Assembly: GCA_902593475.1 (NCBI GenBank)
Contig: CACJIM010000003.1
Span: 10,718-74,717, forward strand
Source: an uncultured Candidatus Actinomarina sp.
Lineage (GTDB): Bacteria; Actinomycetota; Acidimicrobiia; Actinomarinales; Actinomarinaceae
Length of the DNA stretch: 64,000 nucleotides
Direction: 5' to 3'
Positions 1 through 9,925 of this stretch are shown in pieces. The stretch's first letter is position 1; each line of letters begins with the position of its first letter. Both the position numbers and the translations under genes were made by a program. The notes under the pieces are model-generated. The model was not told the DNA's origin and searched no databases. It worked only from the letters and a program-made list of their open reading frames with translations.

Positions 1-689
1 AATACCTTCAAAGTATTCCTGTTAGAAATTGGAATACTAAAACTACATACAAAAATTGGGATATCACAGCTCATGTTAGTTACCTTGCAGCTCTTGAAGA
101 TCTTGCTCACAATGCACTAAAGAAAAAAGGTACTGACTTTAATAAATATAAAGGGCCTAAGGGTTTAGAAAAATTTGAAAAAGAAGCAATCAAAAAAGGA
201 AATGACATGAGACCACAAGATGTTATTGAATGGTGGAGAATGTCTAGAGCATCCGTCATTGAAACATTAGCTAAATCATCTCCAGGAAAAAAATTAATTT
301 GGTGGAAAAATGAAATTGATTGTAGAACATTCGCAGTCACAAAGTTAGCGGAAACATGGGCGCACAGCTTAGATGTTTACGATGCCATGAAAAAAGATTA
401 CGAAGACACTGTTCGCGTTGAGCACGTTGCACTTTTTGGATGGCTAAATGCAGAACAAGCAAGTAAGGTTAATAAAACTAAATATCAAGATTTAAGAATA
501 GAGCTAATCGGACCAGAATATAAGGCTTGGCAATTTGGTGACGAGGAAAGTGATAATAGTATAAAAGGAAATGCTAGTGACTGGTGTAGAGTAGTTACTG
601 GTAGAGTCCCCAAAGGTCATAAACTTACACTTTCTACTGAAGGTGATTTTGCCAAAAAATTCGTTAAATTTAATCACGTAAAAATATAA
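1..689 (+). CDS. hypothetical protein, 5' end outside window (possibly DinB/MDMPI-like superfamily)
   Basis: Frame open from position 3 with no stop back to the window edge, so the gene starts upstream. No confident motif match; family guess is weak. Confidence 0.5.
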   Translation, partial: YLQSIPVRNWNTKTTYKNWDITAHVSYLAALEDLAHNALKKKGTDFNKYKGPKGLEKFEKEAIKKGNDMRPQDVIEWWRMSRASVIETLAKSSPGKKLIWWKNEIDCRTFAVTKLAETWAHSLDVYDAMKKDYEDTVRVEHVALFGWLNAEQASKVNKTKYQDLRIELIGPEYKAWQFGDEESDNSIKGNASDWCRVVTGRVPKGHKLTLSTEGDFAKKFVKFNHVKI

Positions 690-1450
690 TGCAAGTCTAC
701 GGCGTAGTTCACTTAAAAAGCCTCCCTGGCTCCCCTTCTAACAGGTTATCTATTGATGAAATTATAGATTCAGCACAAGAAGATGTTAATAGCTTAATTT
801 ATGGTGGTGTTGATGGAATCATAATTGAAAATTTTGGAGACACTCCTTTTGTGAAAGATGATATTTCGAAACGTACTCTTGCTAGCTTTACTACAGTTGT
901 AGAAAATTTATCAATTGAAAGAGATATTAAAGTTGGAATAAATGTTCTAAGAAATGATGGTATTGCAGCTCTTGCAATTGCCGAGGCTACTAAATCACAG
1001 TTTGTAAGAATCAATGTTTTAAATAACACTATGTTTACCGATCAGGGTGCTATAGAAGGTGATGCTCATGGAGTTAATCAGTTTAAATCAAGCCTCAATA
1101 GTTATGTAGAAATCTATGCTGATGTATTTGTTAAACATGCTGTACCACCTCCCGGTTCAAAAATTGAAAACCATGCAGAAGAATTGATTCATAGAGCTGG
1201 TGCAGATGTGGTGATTGTTACAGGAGATGGTACTGGACATGAAATAAATATTGAAGATTTACAAAAAGTAAGAAACATTGTTCCAAATGGTAAACTCGCT
1301 ATTGGATCGGGAGTAACTTCAACAAATGTCGATGCATATCAAGATTTGGCAGACATACTAATTGTAGGAACTAGTTTTAAATTTGATAATGATGTTGCTA
1401 AAAGGGTTGACATCAATAGAGTTGAAGAGTTAGTAAGAAAAATAAAATAA
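689..1450 (+). CDS. BtpA/SgcQ family TIM-barrel protein
   Basis: Family-typical HLxxLPGSP, GxDGxIIENFGD and IVTGxGTG motifs. ATG overlaps the upstream stop (TAATG). Confidence 0.7.
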   Translation: MQVYGVVHLKSLPGSPSNRLSIDEIIDSAQEDVNSLIYGGVDGIIIENFGDTPFVKDDISKRTLASFTTVVENLSIERDIKVGINVLRNDGIAALAIAEATKSQFVRINVLNNTMFTDQGAIEGDAHGVNQFKSSLNSYVEIYADVFVKHAVPPPGSKIENHAEELIHRAGADVVIVTGDGTGHEINIEDLQKVRNIVPNGKLAIGSGVTSTNVDAYQDLADILIVGTSFKFDNDVAKRVDINRVEELVRKIK

Positions 1451-1500
1451 TTTTTATTACTACAATACAAATCTGTTACTTAACTATCATTTTTATTTGA

Positions 1501-2439
1501 ATGGAAGCCATACTTAATCCAGCACTACTATTGTTCCTTTCAGGAATTCTGATTGGAACTCTGTTTAAATTAATCCTTCACAACTCTATTTCTAAATACT
1601 TGGGATATTATTTGTTGCTTTCACTGGGGCTTAAAGGTGGTGCGAGCCTTCAAGAAAATGGATTTATAAATGAAGTTATAAGTGCATTAACACTTGGAGT
1701 AGTGTTTGCTCTTTTAATTCCAATTATTGCATATCTTTATCTTAAAAATTTACTTAATAGCGACGATGCAGCCGCACTCTCTGGAACTTACGGATCAGTA
1801 AGTGCTGTTACATTTGTTACAGCTATTGCATATCTTACAACTACTAATCAAAACTTTGATAACTATATGTCTGCTGTTTTAGTTGTAATGGAGTTCCCAG
1901 CAATATTTATGGCACTCTATTTAGTTACGCATAATAAGCAAAATAAAGGCAATAATTTAGAAACTATTAAGACTGCATTTTTAGAAGTTCCCAATATTAT
2001 TTTGATCTCATCGTTGTTTATAGGATATTTTGTCAATCAAACACTTTTATCTAATTTAGATTTCATAATTGTTGAAATATTTGATTACGTTTTATATGTG
2101 TTTTTATTTGTTATGGGAACTAGGGTCGCTAAGAGAATTGGAGAACTAAAAGGCAAAGGAGCTAGCCTAATTGCTTTTGCTTTATGTACTCCATTGATTG
2201 GTTCTATTATTGCTTTACTGGCATCTCTAAACTTTAATTTTTCTGTCGGCAACACAACTTTACTTATGGTGTTAACAGCAAGTGCAAGCTATATTGCAGT
2301 ACCAGCAGTTGTAAAAGACGCTATACCAAATGCAAATCCTGCTATCTACCTTGGACTTAGTTTGGGTGTCACATTTCCATTCAATATCATTGTTGGAATA
2401 CCTTTATATAACGAACTAGCTAAATACTTTATTGGCTAA
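1501..2439 (+). CDS. SbtA-like (DUF897) sodium-dependent bicarbonate-transporter-family permease
   Basis: Polytopic membrane protein with internal repeat. Motifs LSLGLKGGASL and AALSGTYGSVSAVTF resemble SbtA LTKIGLTGG and ATGGLFGAVSGSTMAA. Confidence 0.55.
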   Translation: MEAILNPALLLFLSGILIGTLFKLILHNSISKYLGYYLLLSLGLKGGASLQENGFINEVISALTLGVVFALLIPIIAYLYLKNLLNSDDAAALSGTYGSVSAVTFVTAIAYLTTTNQNFDNYMSAVLVVMEFPAIFMALYLVTHNKQNKGNNLETIKTAFLEVPNIILISSLFIGYFVNQTLLSNLDFIIVEIFDYVLYVFLFVMGTRVAKRIGELKGKGASLIAFALCTPLIGSIIALLASLNFNFSVGNTTLLMVLTASASYIAVPAVVKDAIPNANPAIYLGLSLGVTFPFNIIVGIPLYNELAKYFIG

Positions 2440-3147
2440 TTAGAGAAGAAATCCTCCATCAATGGTTACAACTTCGCCTGTAATCCATGATGCATCATCA
2501 CTTGAAAGAAAGTAAATCAAACTAGCTATATCTTCTGGTTCTCCTAGTTTTTTAAGTGCATGAAGGTCCGCACTTCCCTGCTCATCATCTGCCCAAAGCA
2601 TTTCTGAAAGCTTAGTTTTAACCACCGCTGGAGCAATACCATTCACTCTAATATCAGGGGCAAGTTCCATTGCTAATTGTTTTGTCATATAAATTAATCC
2701 GGCTTTTGAAATATTGTAAGCCCCCATGTAATGTGATGGCTTAATTCCACCAACAGAACAAACATTCAGAACAGATTCTTTTAAACCAGCTTTTACAGCT
2801 TCTCTTGTCCACATTAAAGGACCCATTAAATTTACATCCCATGTTTTCTGTACTGCAGATAAATCAACATCCAACAAGCTTCCACCAGAAGGGTTTGTGC
2901 CAGCATTGTTAATTAAAACATCTAAAGAACCTGTTTCATCGACAATTTTTTTACAGGTCTCAGTTGCAGCAGCAAGATCATCCGCTCTTGCAACGAAACC
3001 CTTTAACTGCGAATTTTCAGAAAGTACCGCTTTTAGATTCTCCTCTTTTCTAGAAGTGATGTATACATTCCAACCTTGATCAATAAATTTTTGAGCACTG
3101 GAAAGACCTATACCTCTTGTTCCACCGGTTACAAGTGCAGTTTTCAT
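2440..3147 (-). CDS. SDR family NAD(P)-dependent oxidoreductase
   Basis: TGGTRGIG Rossmann motif, NNAG, and YxxxK (YNISK) catalytic motif. The track start is an upstream TTG; the ATG at MKTALVTGG is preferred. Confidence 0.85.
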   Translation of the reverse strand: MKTALVTGGTRGIGLSSAQKFIDQGWNVYITSRKEENLKAVLSENSQLKGFVARADDLAAATETCKKIVDETGSLDVLINNAGTNPSGGSLLDVDLSAVQKTWDVNLMGPLMWTREAVKAGLKESVLNVCSVGGIKPSHYMGAYNISKAGLIYMTKQLAMELAPDIRVNGIAPAVVKTKLSEMLWADDEQGSADLHALKKLGEPEDIASLIYFLSSDDASWITGEVVTIDGGFLL

Positions 3148-3193
3148 TATTGTTAAAGTATAGTAGTTATTTCCCAATTCAGTTACAGTTGAA

Positions 3194-4432
3194 ATGCAAA
3201 TGGAAAATTTTCAAAAATATAGAGTATTACTTACGCAAAACCAAAACTTTCGAAAACTATTTGCTGCTCGTTTAATCACACTAGGTGGAGATTGGCTATT
3301 AACTGTGCCTCTCTTAGGTATAATTTACGAGTTAACTGAAAATCCATTTATCACCTCTCTTGTGTTAGTGGTTCAGAGTGCGCCATTATTTATGCTTGGA
3401 AGCTTTGGTGGTTACTTGGCAGATAGATTCGATAGAAAAAAAATAATCGCAATTTCAGAGTTCTTATCAGGAATGACGGTGTTGTTAATTCTTTACGCAG
3501 TAACAACTGAAAATGTAGTATTTATTTTGTTTTCATTTGGATTGCTGTCCGTTGTTGGTTCTCCATACATGCCTACTTCTGATGCAGCTTTGCCAAACGT
3601 TGTAAAAAAGGAAAATTTAGCTGAAGCAAATGTTATATTTTTTTCAAGCTGGGGTGTGATGGCCGGTCTAGGAGCTGGTCTAGGAGGATATTTAACAACA
3701 GTAATCAGTAGAAATATGTTATTTGCAATCGATAGTTTAACCTTTGTGCTTTCAGCTTTTATAGTCTTCTCGATAAAGAAAAATTTAAGTGAGAAATCTC
3801 AAGATAAAGATGAAGAAGAGGATATAAGTTATAAAGAAGGTCTTAAATATGCTGCATCAAAGAAAGAAATTTTTTCTTTAATTATTACAAAAGCAACATT
3901 TAGTATCTCAGCTAGCGGTTTACTCTCTTTATTTACTGTTCTTTCATATGATATATATAAAACTGGTGACTTTGGCACAGGCCTTATGTTTGGTGCAAGA
4001 GGCGTTGGTGCGCTGATTGGTCCTATTGCGATTAGATATTATTTTGGAAGCACTGATGGAAAATTACTCAACACAATCGGCATAACCATCATGGCCTGGG
4101 GTTTATTTTATTTCTTTATACCGTTTTCGATATCACTGTACCTAACAGTGTTGTTATTAATCCTTGGACATTCTGGTGGTGGTTCACAGTGGGCGTTTTC
4201 TACATATGGATTACAAGTACTGACACCAGATAGGCTTAGGGGAAGAATTGCTGGAATTGATTATTCACTTTATTTTTTTATGAATACAATTTCAACCCTT
4301 ATGATTGGATACCTTGCAACTGTATATGGTGTGCTTTTTGTCTTTAAGCTATTTCCTGTACTGGGATTTATATTCGGATTTGTCTGGTATTTATCTACTA
4401 GAAATATCTGGAAGAGTTTAGATAAATCCTAA
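3194..4432 (+). CDS. MFS transporter
   Basis: About 12 predicted TM helices and a typical MFS N-terminus. DRFDRKK motif in loop 2-3. Confidence 0.8.
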   Translation: MQMENFQKYRVLLTQNQNFRKLFAARLITLGGDWLLTVPLLGIIYELTENPFITSLVLVVQSAPLFMLGSFGGYLADRFDRKKIIAISEFLSGMTVLLILYAVTTENVVFILFSFGLLSVVGSPYMPTSDAALPNVVKKENLAEANVIFFSSWGVMAGLGAGLGGYLTTVISRNMLFAIDSLTFVLSAFIVFSIKKNLSEKSQDKDEEEDISYKEGLKYAASKKEIFSLIITKATFSISASGLLSLFTVLSYDIYKTGDFGTGLMFGARGVGALIGPIAIRYYFGSTDGKLLNTIGITIMAWGLFYFFIPFSISLYLTVLLLILGHSGGGSQWAFSTYGLQVLTPDRLRGRIAGIDYSLYFFMNTISTLMIGYLATVYGVLFVFKLFPVLGFIFGFVWYLSTRNIWKSLDKS

Positions 4433-4441
4433 AAAAGTGCA

Positions 4442-5305
4442 TCACATTGAAAAAAGATTTTTTCCTTCAAATTTTTTTGTACCATTAACATAGCTAAAGT
4501 ACTTTCTGCATTCACAAGATTGATACTCTATGTCAATAGGGTAAAACTCTCTTTTAGCTTCAGGCCAATACTCTTTTTGAAGTTCTATCATTTTAAGGCC
4601 TACATCTTGGTGGCTATTTAAATTAAGAAAATTTTGTAGCCTGTCTAAATATGGTTCTGCACCAATACCAGTTGGAACATTAGTGGTGATTGGTATAACA
4701 TCTTCCCTAAACCAGGCAATATCTATCAATGCCATAAATATTGGGAAGTCATTATTCATTCTAAATTGCCTATTTACATTGTTTGTTGCAGTAATAACAT
4801 CTTTATTAGAATTTAAAACTATTTCAGCTAACTCTTCTTTTATTTCATAAAATTTGTATGTAGCTGCATCTATTCGACTATATAAATTTTCACTCCAATA
4901 AGAATCTTCTACCGGGTATGCTGTGTAGTTCTCCCATTGCTCTAAACCAAGAAGTTTCTCTTTTAAAGTTTCTGGATTACCTAAATCATTTATTGTTAAG
5001 TGATCAATTGTTAAATCTCTGTTGCACCACCTACTAAAAAATAAAGCTTGGATCAACAAAGGTAAGTCCTTTTTTACTGGTTCAGCAAATTTAATAATGG
5101 ATTTACTTACTTTGTCATCTTCTCTAAAAACATTTAAAAAACGCCCTTTTTGTAAAATCGGGTCATCACTCCAAGGATATGCTTCTCCAGACTCTCTTTT
5201 TACACGCACGGCTTCACGTTTCTTGCAGTAATCAAAAAAGCTTTGTACTGGGTCCTCTATTGCAAGGCCATCTAGTGAGTGTGTATATGGATTCTCTAAA
5301 ACCAT
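4442..5305 (-). CDS. hypothetical protein (287 aa), family not recognised
   Basis: Long clean ORF with a convergent stop region. No motif I can assign with confidence. Confidence 0.6.
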   Translation of the reverse strand: MVLENPYTHSLDGLAIEDPVQSFFDYCKKREAVRVKRESGEAYPWSDDPILQKGRFLNVFREDDKVSKSIIKFAEPVKKDLPLLIQALFFSRWCNRDLTIDHLTINDLGNPETLKEKLLGLEQWENYTAYPVEDSYWSENLYSRIDAATYKFYEIKEELAEIVLNSNKDVITATNNVNRQFRMNNDFPIFMALIDIAWFREDVIPITTNVPTGIGAEPYLDRLQNFLNLNSHQDVGLKMIELQKEYWPEAKREFYPIDIEYQSCECRKYFSYVNGTKKFEGKNLFSM

Positions 5306-5339
5306 AACTTTAATTTAAACAGATTACTTCACACTTTTC

Positions 5340-6605
5340 TTACTTCACAACTGGTATTTGAAGCATATTTGTTGTGTAAGCAGCAGACTTTCTTTCCGAC
5401 TTCATTCTCCAGTCTTTTTTTATACCCTGTGCTCCCAGTGTCAATGTGCTTGATCCATACCTGCTATTAACACCATCTAGTACCTCCATAACACGGTCTG
5501 ATTGATCGTAGTTCTCATATTCATAAAAACTATACTGTTCGTTCTCTGCGTCAGTAATATCTAACAGCATTACACCAATTTTCTGGTATTCATATCCGTA
5601 GACAAAGAGTTTTTGTGTTAGATGTTTTGCTTCTTTGACAATCTTTGACGTATTGCTTGTTGGTATTGAAAAAAATGTACTCATACCGTTGCTGTATCTT
5701 TTCTCTGGATCAACAAATGGACTGGTTCTTAAGAATACATACAAGCCTTGGGTTCTAGAACCCTGTGCTCTAAGCTTCTCACATGCTCTAGCAACATAGT
5801 TAGAAACAGCTTCCTCTAACTCACTTACTAGCATTACTTTTCTACCAAATGACTTAGAGGATATGATGTTTTTCTTATTCTTCACCTCTTCTATACCAAT
5901 ACAGGAAATCCCATTTAGCTCATGATGTATCCTCTCCCCTACAATGCTGATCGTTTTTCTAACATGACGAGCATTTGCCTGCGTTAAATCATAAGCAGTG
6001 TCTACTCCAATTTTTCGAAGCCTTCTTCCCCATCTTGTCGAGATTCCCCATATCTCTTCAAGTGGTAGATCTTTTAAAATCTCATCTCTTACGCTCTGAT
6101 CTCGTATGTCGAAGACATTAGATGTTGTGTATTTTTTAGCTTGTCTGTTTGCTACTTTTGCCAATGTCTTTGTTGGGCCTATACCTATAGAAACTGGAAT
6201 CCCTGTCCACTGTTTGATTAATCTTCGTATCTCTTGAGCCGTCTCTTCTAAATCACAGTAGTAAAAGCTACTGATATCGAGAAACGCTTCATCAATAGAG
6301 TAAATCTCTATATCGCTGACAAGAGATTTCAGTGAGGTCATCACTCTGGCCGACATATCACCATAAAAGGTATAATTTGATGAAAATACATGAACTTTGT
6401 TTCTATTGATAAGTTGTTTGTATTTAAAGTACGGGGCTCCCATCGGTATGCCTAAAGCTTTTGCTTCGTTTGATCTAGCAACCACGCATCCATCATTGTT
6501 AGACAAAACAACAATAGGCTTTCCTTCTAGCTTTGGATTGAATACTCTCTCACAAGACGCATAGAAGTTATTACAGTCCACTAGGGCAAAAATTTTATTA
6601 TTCAC
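5340..6605 (-). CDS. umuC: Y-family translesion DNA polymerase UmuC
   Basis: Near-colinear with E. coli UmuC: [44 protein letters not shown], and a C-terminal RYTT-like motif. Confidence 0.9.
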   Translation of the reverse strand: MNNKIFALVDCNNFYASCERVFNPKLEGKPIVVLSNNDGCVVARSNEAKALGIPMGAPYFKYKQLINRNKVHVFSSNYTFYGDMSARVMTSLKSLVSDIEIYSIDEAFLDISSFYYCDLEETAQEIRRLIKQWTGIPVSIGIGPTKTLAKVANRQAKKYTTSNVFDIRDQSVRDEILKDLPLEEIWGISTRWGRRLRKIGVDTAYDLTQANARHVRKTISIVGERIHHELNGISCIGIEEVKNKKNIISSKSFGRKVMLVSELEEAVSNYVARACEKLRAQGSRTQGLYVFLRTSPFVDPEKRYSNGMSTFFSIPTSNTSKIVKEAKHLTQKLFVYGYEYQKIGVMLLDITDAENEQYSFYEYENYDQSDRVMEVLDGVNSRYGSSTLTLGAQGIKKDWRMKSERKSAAYTTNMLQIPVVK

Positions 6606-6660
6606 TTACTTACTCCTTTGAATACTGTACACTATTCTAAGAAAAAAGAAAGACATTTTT

Positions 6661-7176
6661 ATGCCACGAGGTGGAGCAAGAAAAGGAGCCGGTAGACCAA
6701 AAGGTCAAGGCAAGTATGGAGAGCAGACAAAAGCTGTCCGTATTCCTGTAAGTAAGGTTAAGTATATCTCTGAGGTCATCAACAAAGGGCTGTATGAAGT
6801 ACCAATGTATAGTAATAAAGTTGCAGCTGGATTCCCATCCCCTGCAGACGACTATTTAGAAGACAAAATAGATTTAAATCAATATTTAGTAAAGCATCCT
6901 GCATCAACATTTTTAGTAAGAGCTTCTGGAGAATCAATGATCAATGCTGGAATATTTCCAGACGATATCTTAGTTGTAGATAGAAGCTTAAAAGCTGAAG
7001 ATGGAAAAGTAGTTATTGCTGTTGTAGATAATGAACTGACTGTAAAAAGATATCGTAAAAAAGGCAAGAACATAATTTTAGAGCCAGAAAATGAAGCGTT
7101 TGATCCAATTGTCATTCCCCATGAGAGCGAAGCTTTCGTTTGGGGAGTCGTTACAAATGTTATCCATAACTTATAA
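6661..7176 (+). CDS. umuD: UmuD-like S24 peptidase (LexA/UmuD family) with basic N-terminal extension
   Basis: GFPSPADDY...IDLNQYLV...ASGESM...KRY matches UmuD, including the Ser/Lys dyad region and an A-G self-cleavage site (VAAG). N-terminal GAGRPKGQGK resembles an AT-hook. Confidence 0.85.
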   Translation: MPRGGARKGAGRPKGQGKYGEQTKAVRIPVSKVKYISEVINKGLYEVPMYSNKVAAGFPSPADDYLEDKIDLNQYLVKHPASTFLVRASGESMINAGIFPDDILVVDRSLKAEDGKVVIAVVDNELTVKRYRKKGKNIILEPENEAFDPIVIPHESEAFVWGVVTNVIHNL

Positions 7177-7227
7177 ACTTCAAAATAAAGCTGAATGGAC
7201 CAACGATAAATTGTAAAATAATGGTAG

Positions 7228-8124
7228 ATGGAAATATTAAAAACAAATTTAGAAAATTTTAAAGATATTGAAAACTGGGAGTATAAAGAGAACTTTCATA
7301 CTATTAACTCACGTCACGGTGACATAAATATTCACTATGTAGATGAAAATTCAGATAAGGGTGAAACGATACTTTTAATGCACGGTAATCCTACCTGGGG
7401 TTATTTGTATAGAAATATGATTGACCCACTCAAAGATGAGGGATATAGGGTTGTTGTACCAGACTTACCAGGATTTGGGAAATCGGATAAATTTACTTCA
7501 AGGTATCACTATACGTATGAAGAATTTGTTGATTGGATGTCCCAATGGATTGAGGGAGTTAATCTAGAAAACATCACATTATTTTGTCAAGACTGGGGCG
7601 GTTTGATTGGGTTAAGGCTGGCAGCAAAATACGATGATAGATTTAATCGTATAGTTGTAGCCAATACAGGTTTACCGACTGGTAAAGCACCATTAAATAC
7701 TGGATTTTTAGTCTTCAAAGAATTTATGAATATTAAAGAAGACCTTCACGTTGCAGGTCAAGTTAGAAATGGCACTAATGGACTGGATCAGTCTGCTCTG
7801 GATGCATATAACGCACCATTTCCAGATGAAACTTACAAACAAGGCGTTAGACAATTTCCAAATATTGTTCCCTCATCCCCCATGTCTCCTAGTAGAAAAT
7901 TTAATGAGGAAGCATGGGAAAAATTAAAGAAATGGCAAAAACCTTTTTTATGTGCTTTTAGCGATAACGATCCAATATTTGCAGGTGTAGAAAATTCATT
8001 TCTTAAACATATTCCAGGATGTGAAAATATGCCTCATGTAACAATAGAGAATGCAGGACATTTTTTACAGGAAGATAATCCTGATGCATGTGTAAAAGCA
8101 ATTTTGTCAATAATGGAGTATTAG
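7228..8124 (+). CDS. haloalkane dehalogenase-family alpha/beta hydrolase
   Basis: HGNPTWGYLYRN motif and DWGG nucleophile elbow. Conserved C-terminal His region (NAGHF). Confidence 0.8.
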   Translation: MEILKTNLENFKDIENWEYKENFHTINSRHGDINIHYVDENSDKGETILLMHGNPTWGYLYRNMIDPLKDEGYRVVVPDLPGFGKSDKFTSRYHYTYEEFVDWMSQWIEGVNLENITLFCQDWGGLIGLRLAAKYDDRFNRIVVANTGLPTGKAPLNTGFLVFKEFMNIKEDLHVAGQVRNGTNGLDQSALDAYNAPFPDETYKQGVRQFPNIVPSSPMSPSRKFNEEAWEKLKKWQKPFLCAFSDNDPIFAGVENSFLKHIPGCENMPHVTIENAGHFLQEDNPDACVKAILSIMEY

Positions 8125-8813
8125 ACTGTAGCTTTTCCCCAATAATTGTAACCTAGAAATTTTTGTGTACCTGGCAAATAAATATTGTTCATTTCTAATA
8201 AGTTAAATCCATTATTAATCAGTAGTTCTCTAATGTTTCTATTTGTATGGCATCCACCAGCAATTTTAGGATAGAAGAAATCAGTAGAATTTTGTATAAA
8301 TGAAACAGATTTATCCGGTGACAAACCATGTTCACTAAAAATAAAAACACCATTCTTTTTTAAAACTCTTTTTATTTCCTGTAAAGTTTTGTTGGGTTCA
8401 GGAATTGAGCATAAAGCATACGTACTAACGACAGTATCAATTGATTCAGAATCTACTGATAAATTACTTGCAGATTCTATTAAAAATTCAATATCTAAAT
8501 CTTTTGAATCAGCTCTTTTCTTTGCAATAGTGTTAAGTTCCTTTGATGGATCAACTCCAATAATTTTTGAAACTTTTTCATTGTCATAATGTTTTAAATT
8601 CGAACCAGGTCCAATACCTATCTCAAGAACTTTACCTGAAGCGTCAGGAATTACTTTTTTTCTTTGGTAATCGATTGGCCTTGAATTGCATGTAAAGTTT
8701 ATTAATTTAGGAAGAATATTTTTTTCGTAAAATGATTTATTGAAAAGTCGAATTATTGGAAAAATAAAAAAAAGAAGTAAATTAGAAACAAATAGGTAAA
8801 TATATTTCTTCAA
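8121..8813 (-). CDS. class I SAM-dependent methyltransferase
   Basis: Motif I VLEIGIGPGSN with downstream acidic residue. Hydrophobic N-terminus. Confidence 0.75.
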   Translation of the reverse strand: MKKYIYLFVSNLLLFFIFPIIRLFNKSFYEKNILPKLINFTCNSRPIDYQRKKVIPDASGKVLEIGIGPGSNLKHYDNEKVSKIIGVDPSKELNTIAKKRADSKDLDIEFLIESASNLSVDSESIDTVVSTYALCSIPEPNKTLQEIKRVLKKNGVFIFSEHGLSPDKSVSFIQNSTDFFYPKIAGGCHTNRNIRELLINNGFNLLEMNNIYLPGTQKFLGYNYWGKATV

Positions 8814-8817
8814 TTTA

Positions 8818-9357
8818 TTAATCCTTTGAGAATGAAATTACCTCGGTCATTGAAATATGGTCAATGGTAGTTTTTCCATATTTTACATCTTGCACTACAC
8901 CATTTTCATCTATTAGTACATCAACTGGTAAACCTGTAAATGCACCACTCATGCTTGTTAACGGGTTGAAACCTTTTATGAATATTGCTTTCATGAATCT
9001 AAAAAAACCAATTATCGAGCCGAGAAAAACACCGAAAGCACTTTTTTCAACATTATATTTATCAAAATAAAACCTGTTTTCATCAGCAAGTATAAAAATA
9101 GAGGAATCATGTTTACTAGATGCTTTTTGCAAACTTTCTATTGAGCAATTAAATATAGCAATAGTCTCAAAATTATCACCAAAATTATCCTTATTGTTGA
9201 TAGTCTCATTTATTCTTAGATGACAAAATGGACAAGACGAATATCTATAAAAAGATATGAGTGCTTTCTTACCTTTTATATTTTCTAAGTCGAATACAGA
9301 GCCATCAATAGAAGGTAAGGAAAGTTCGTTAATTAGGTCACCTTTTTTAATTCTCAT
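8818..9357 (-). CDS. redoxin / AhpC-TSA-like thioredoxin-fold protein
   Basis: GKKALISFYRYSSCPFCHLR: a thioredoxin-fold CxxC preceded by the typical strand. About 180 aa. Confidence 0.6.
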   Translation of the reverse strand: MRIKKGDLINELSLPSIDGSVFDLENIKGKKALISFYRYSSCPFCHLRINETINNKDNFGDNFETIAIFNCSIESLQKASSKHDSSIFILADENRFYFDKYNVEKSAFGVFLGSIIGFFRFMKAIFIKGFNPLTSMSGAFTGLPVDVLIDENGVVQDVKYGKTTIDHISMTEVISFSKD

Positions 9358-9418
9358 TTTTTTAATTTTAAAGAGTAGAAATCAAAAGTACTACCTCTAA
9401 TTATTAAATATTTGTAAA

Positions 9419-9925
9419 TTAGTGTCCTCCTCTTGGAACACCACCATATTTCATACGAGTATCACCCATATAGGCAACTCTATCTTCAGGATTCAATGTT
9501 TTGCAATCAATTATTTCTCCCAAAAAAAATGTATGAGTGCCAAAGTCAATTTTTTGTGTTGTTTTTAACTCAAACCATACTGTTGCATTTTGAAAGATAG
9601 GTACATTATTTTTAGTTAAAAAAATAGGTTCTTTATTAAGAAAGCCTTCCGTGTATTCAGCAGGTTTAGAAAATTTTACAAATACTTTTGTGTAATCAGG
9701 CGAAAACATATTTAAAGTAAAATATTCGCTTTGATTCATAAGCTTGAAAGTTACGCTCTTATTATCAATACCTACACCGATTAAAGCTGGCTCCATACTA
9801 ACTTGAGTTATCCAACTTGCTGTCATACCATTAAATTCACCATCAGCATGACTTCCAATTATTCCAAGAGGACTTGGTATTTTCCATGTAGAAACATTTA
9901 TATCTTCAGGGTTTAAATCACTCAT
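9419..9925 (-). CDS. flavin reductase-like FMN-binding protein
   Basis: Split-barrel flavin reductase domain signature (GMTASWITQVSMEPALIGVGI). Confidence 0.7.
   Translation of the reverse strand: MSDLNPEDINVSTWKIPSPLGIIGSHADGEFNGMTASWITQVSMEPALIGVGIDNKSVTFKLMNQSEYFTLNMFSPDYTKVFVKFSKPAEYTEGFLNKEPIFLTKNNVPIFQNATVWFELKTTQKIDFGTHTFFLGEIIDCKTLNPEDRVAYMGDTRMKYGGVPRGGH

Noticed and set aside
799-1029. Many 60-130-aa ORFs on the strand opposite to assigned genes (e.g. 799-1029, 5022-5231, 13134-13463, 14712-15107, 20783-21175, 21625-21981, 38415-39173, 39384-40058, 48663-48887)
   Set aside because: All lie entirely inside well-supported genes on the other strand. They translate to low-complexity Ser/Ile/Leu/Phe-rich sequences typical of antisense frames in AT-rich DNA, and have no start context or family resemblance.
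6606-6660. Canonical LexA box in the umuC/umuD intergenic region
   Set aside because: Only a half-site-like TACTGTACAC is present. Neither the actinobacterial TCGAAC-N4-GTTCGA nor a full CTGT-N8-ACAG palindrome is found, so I report it only as a weak candidate.
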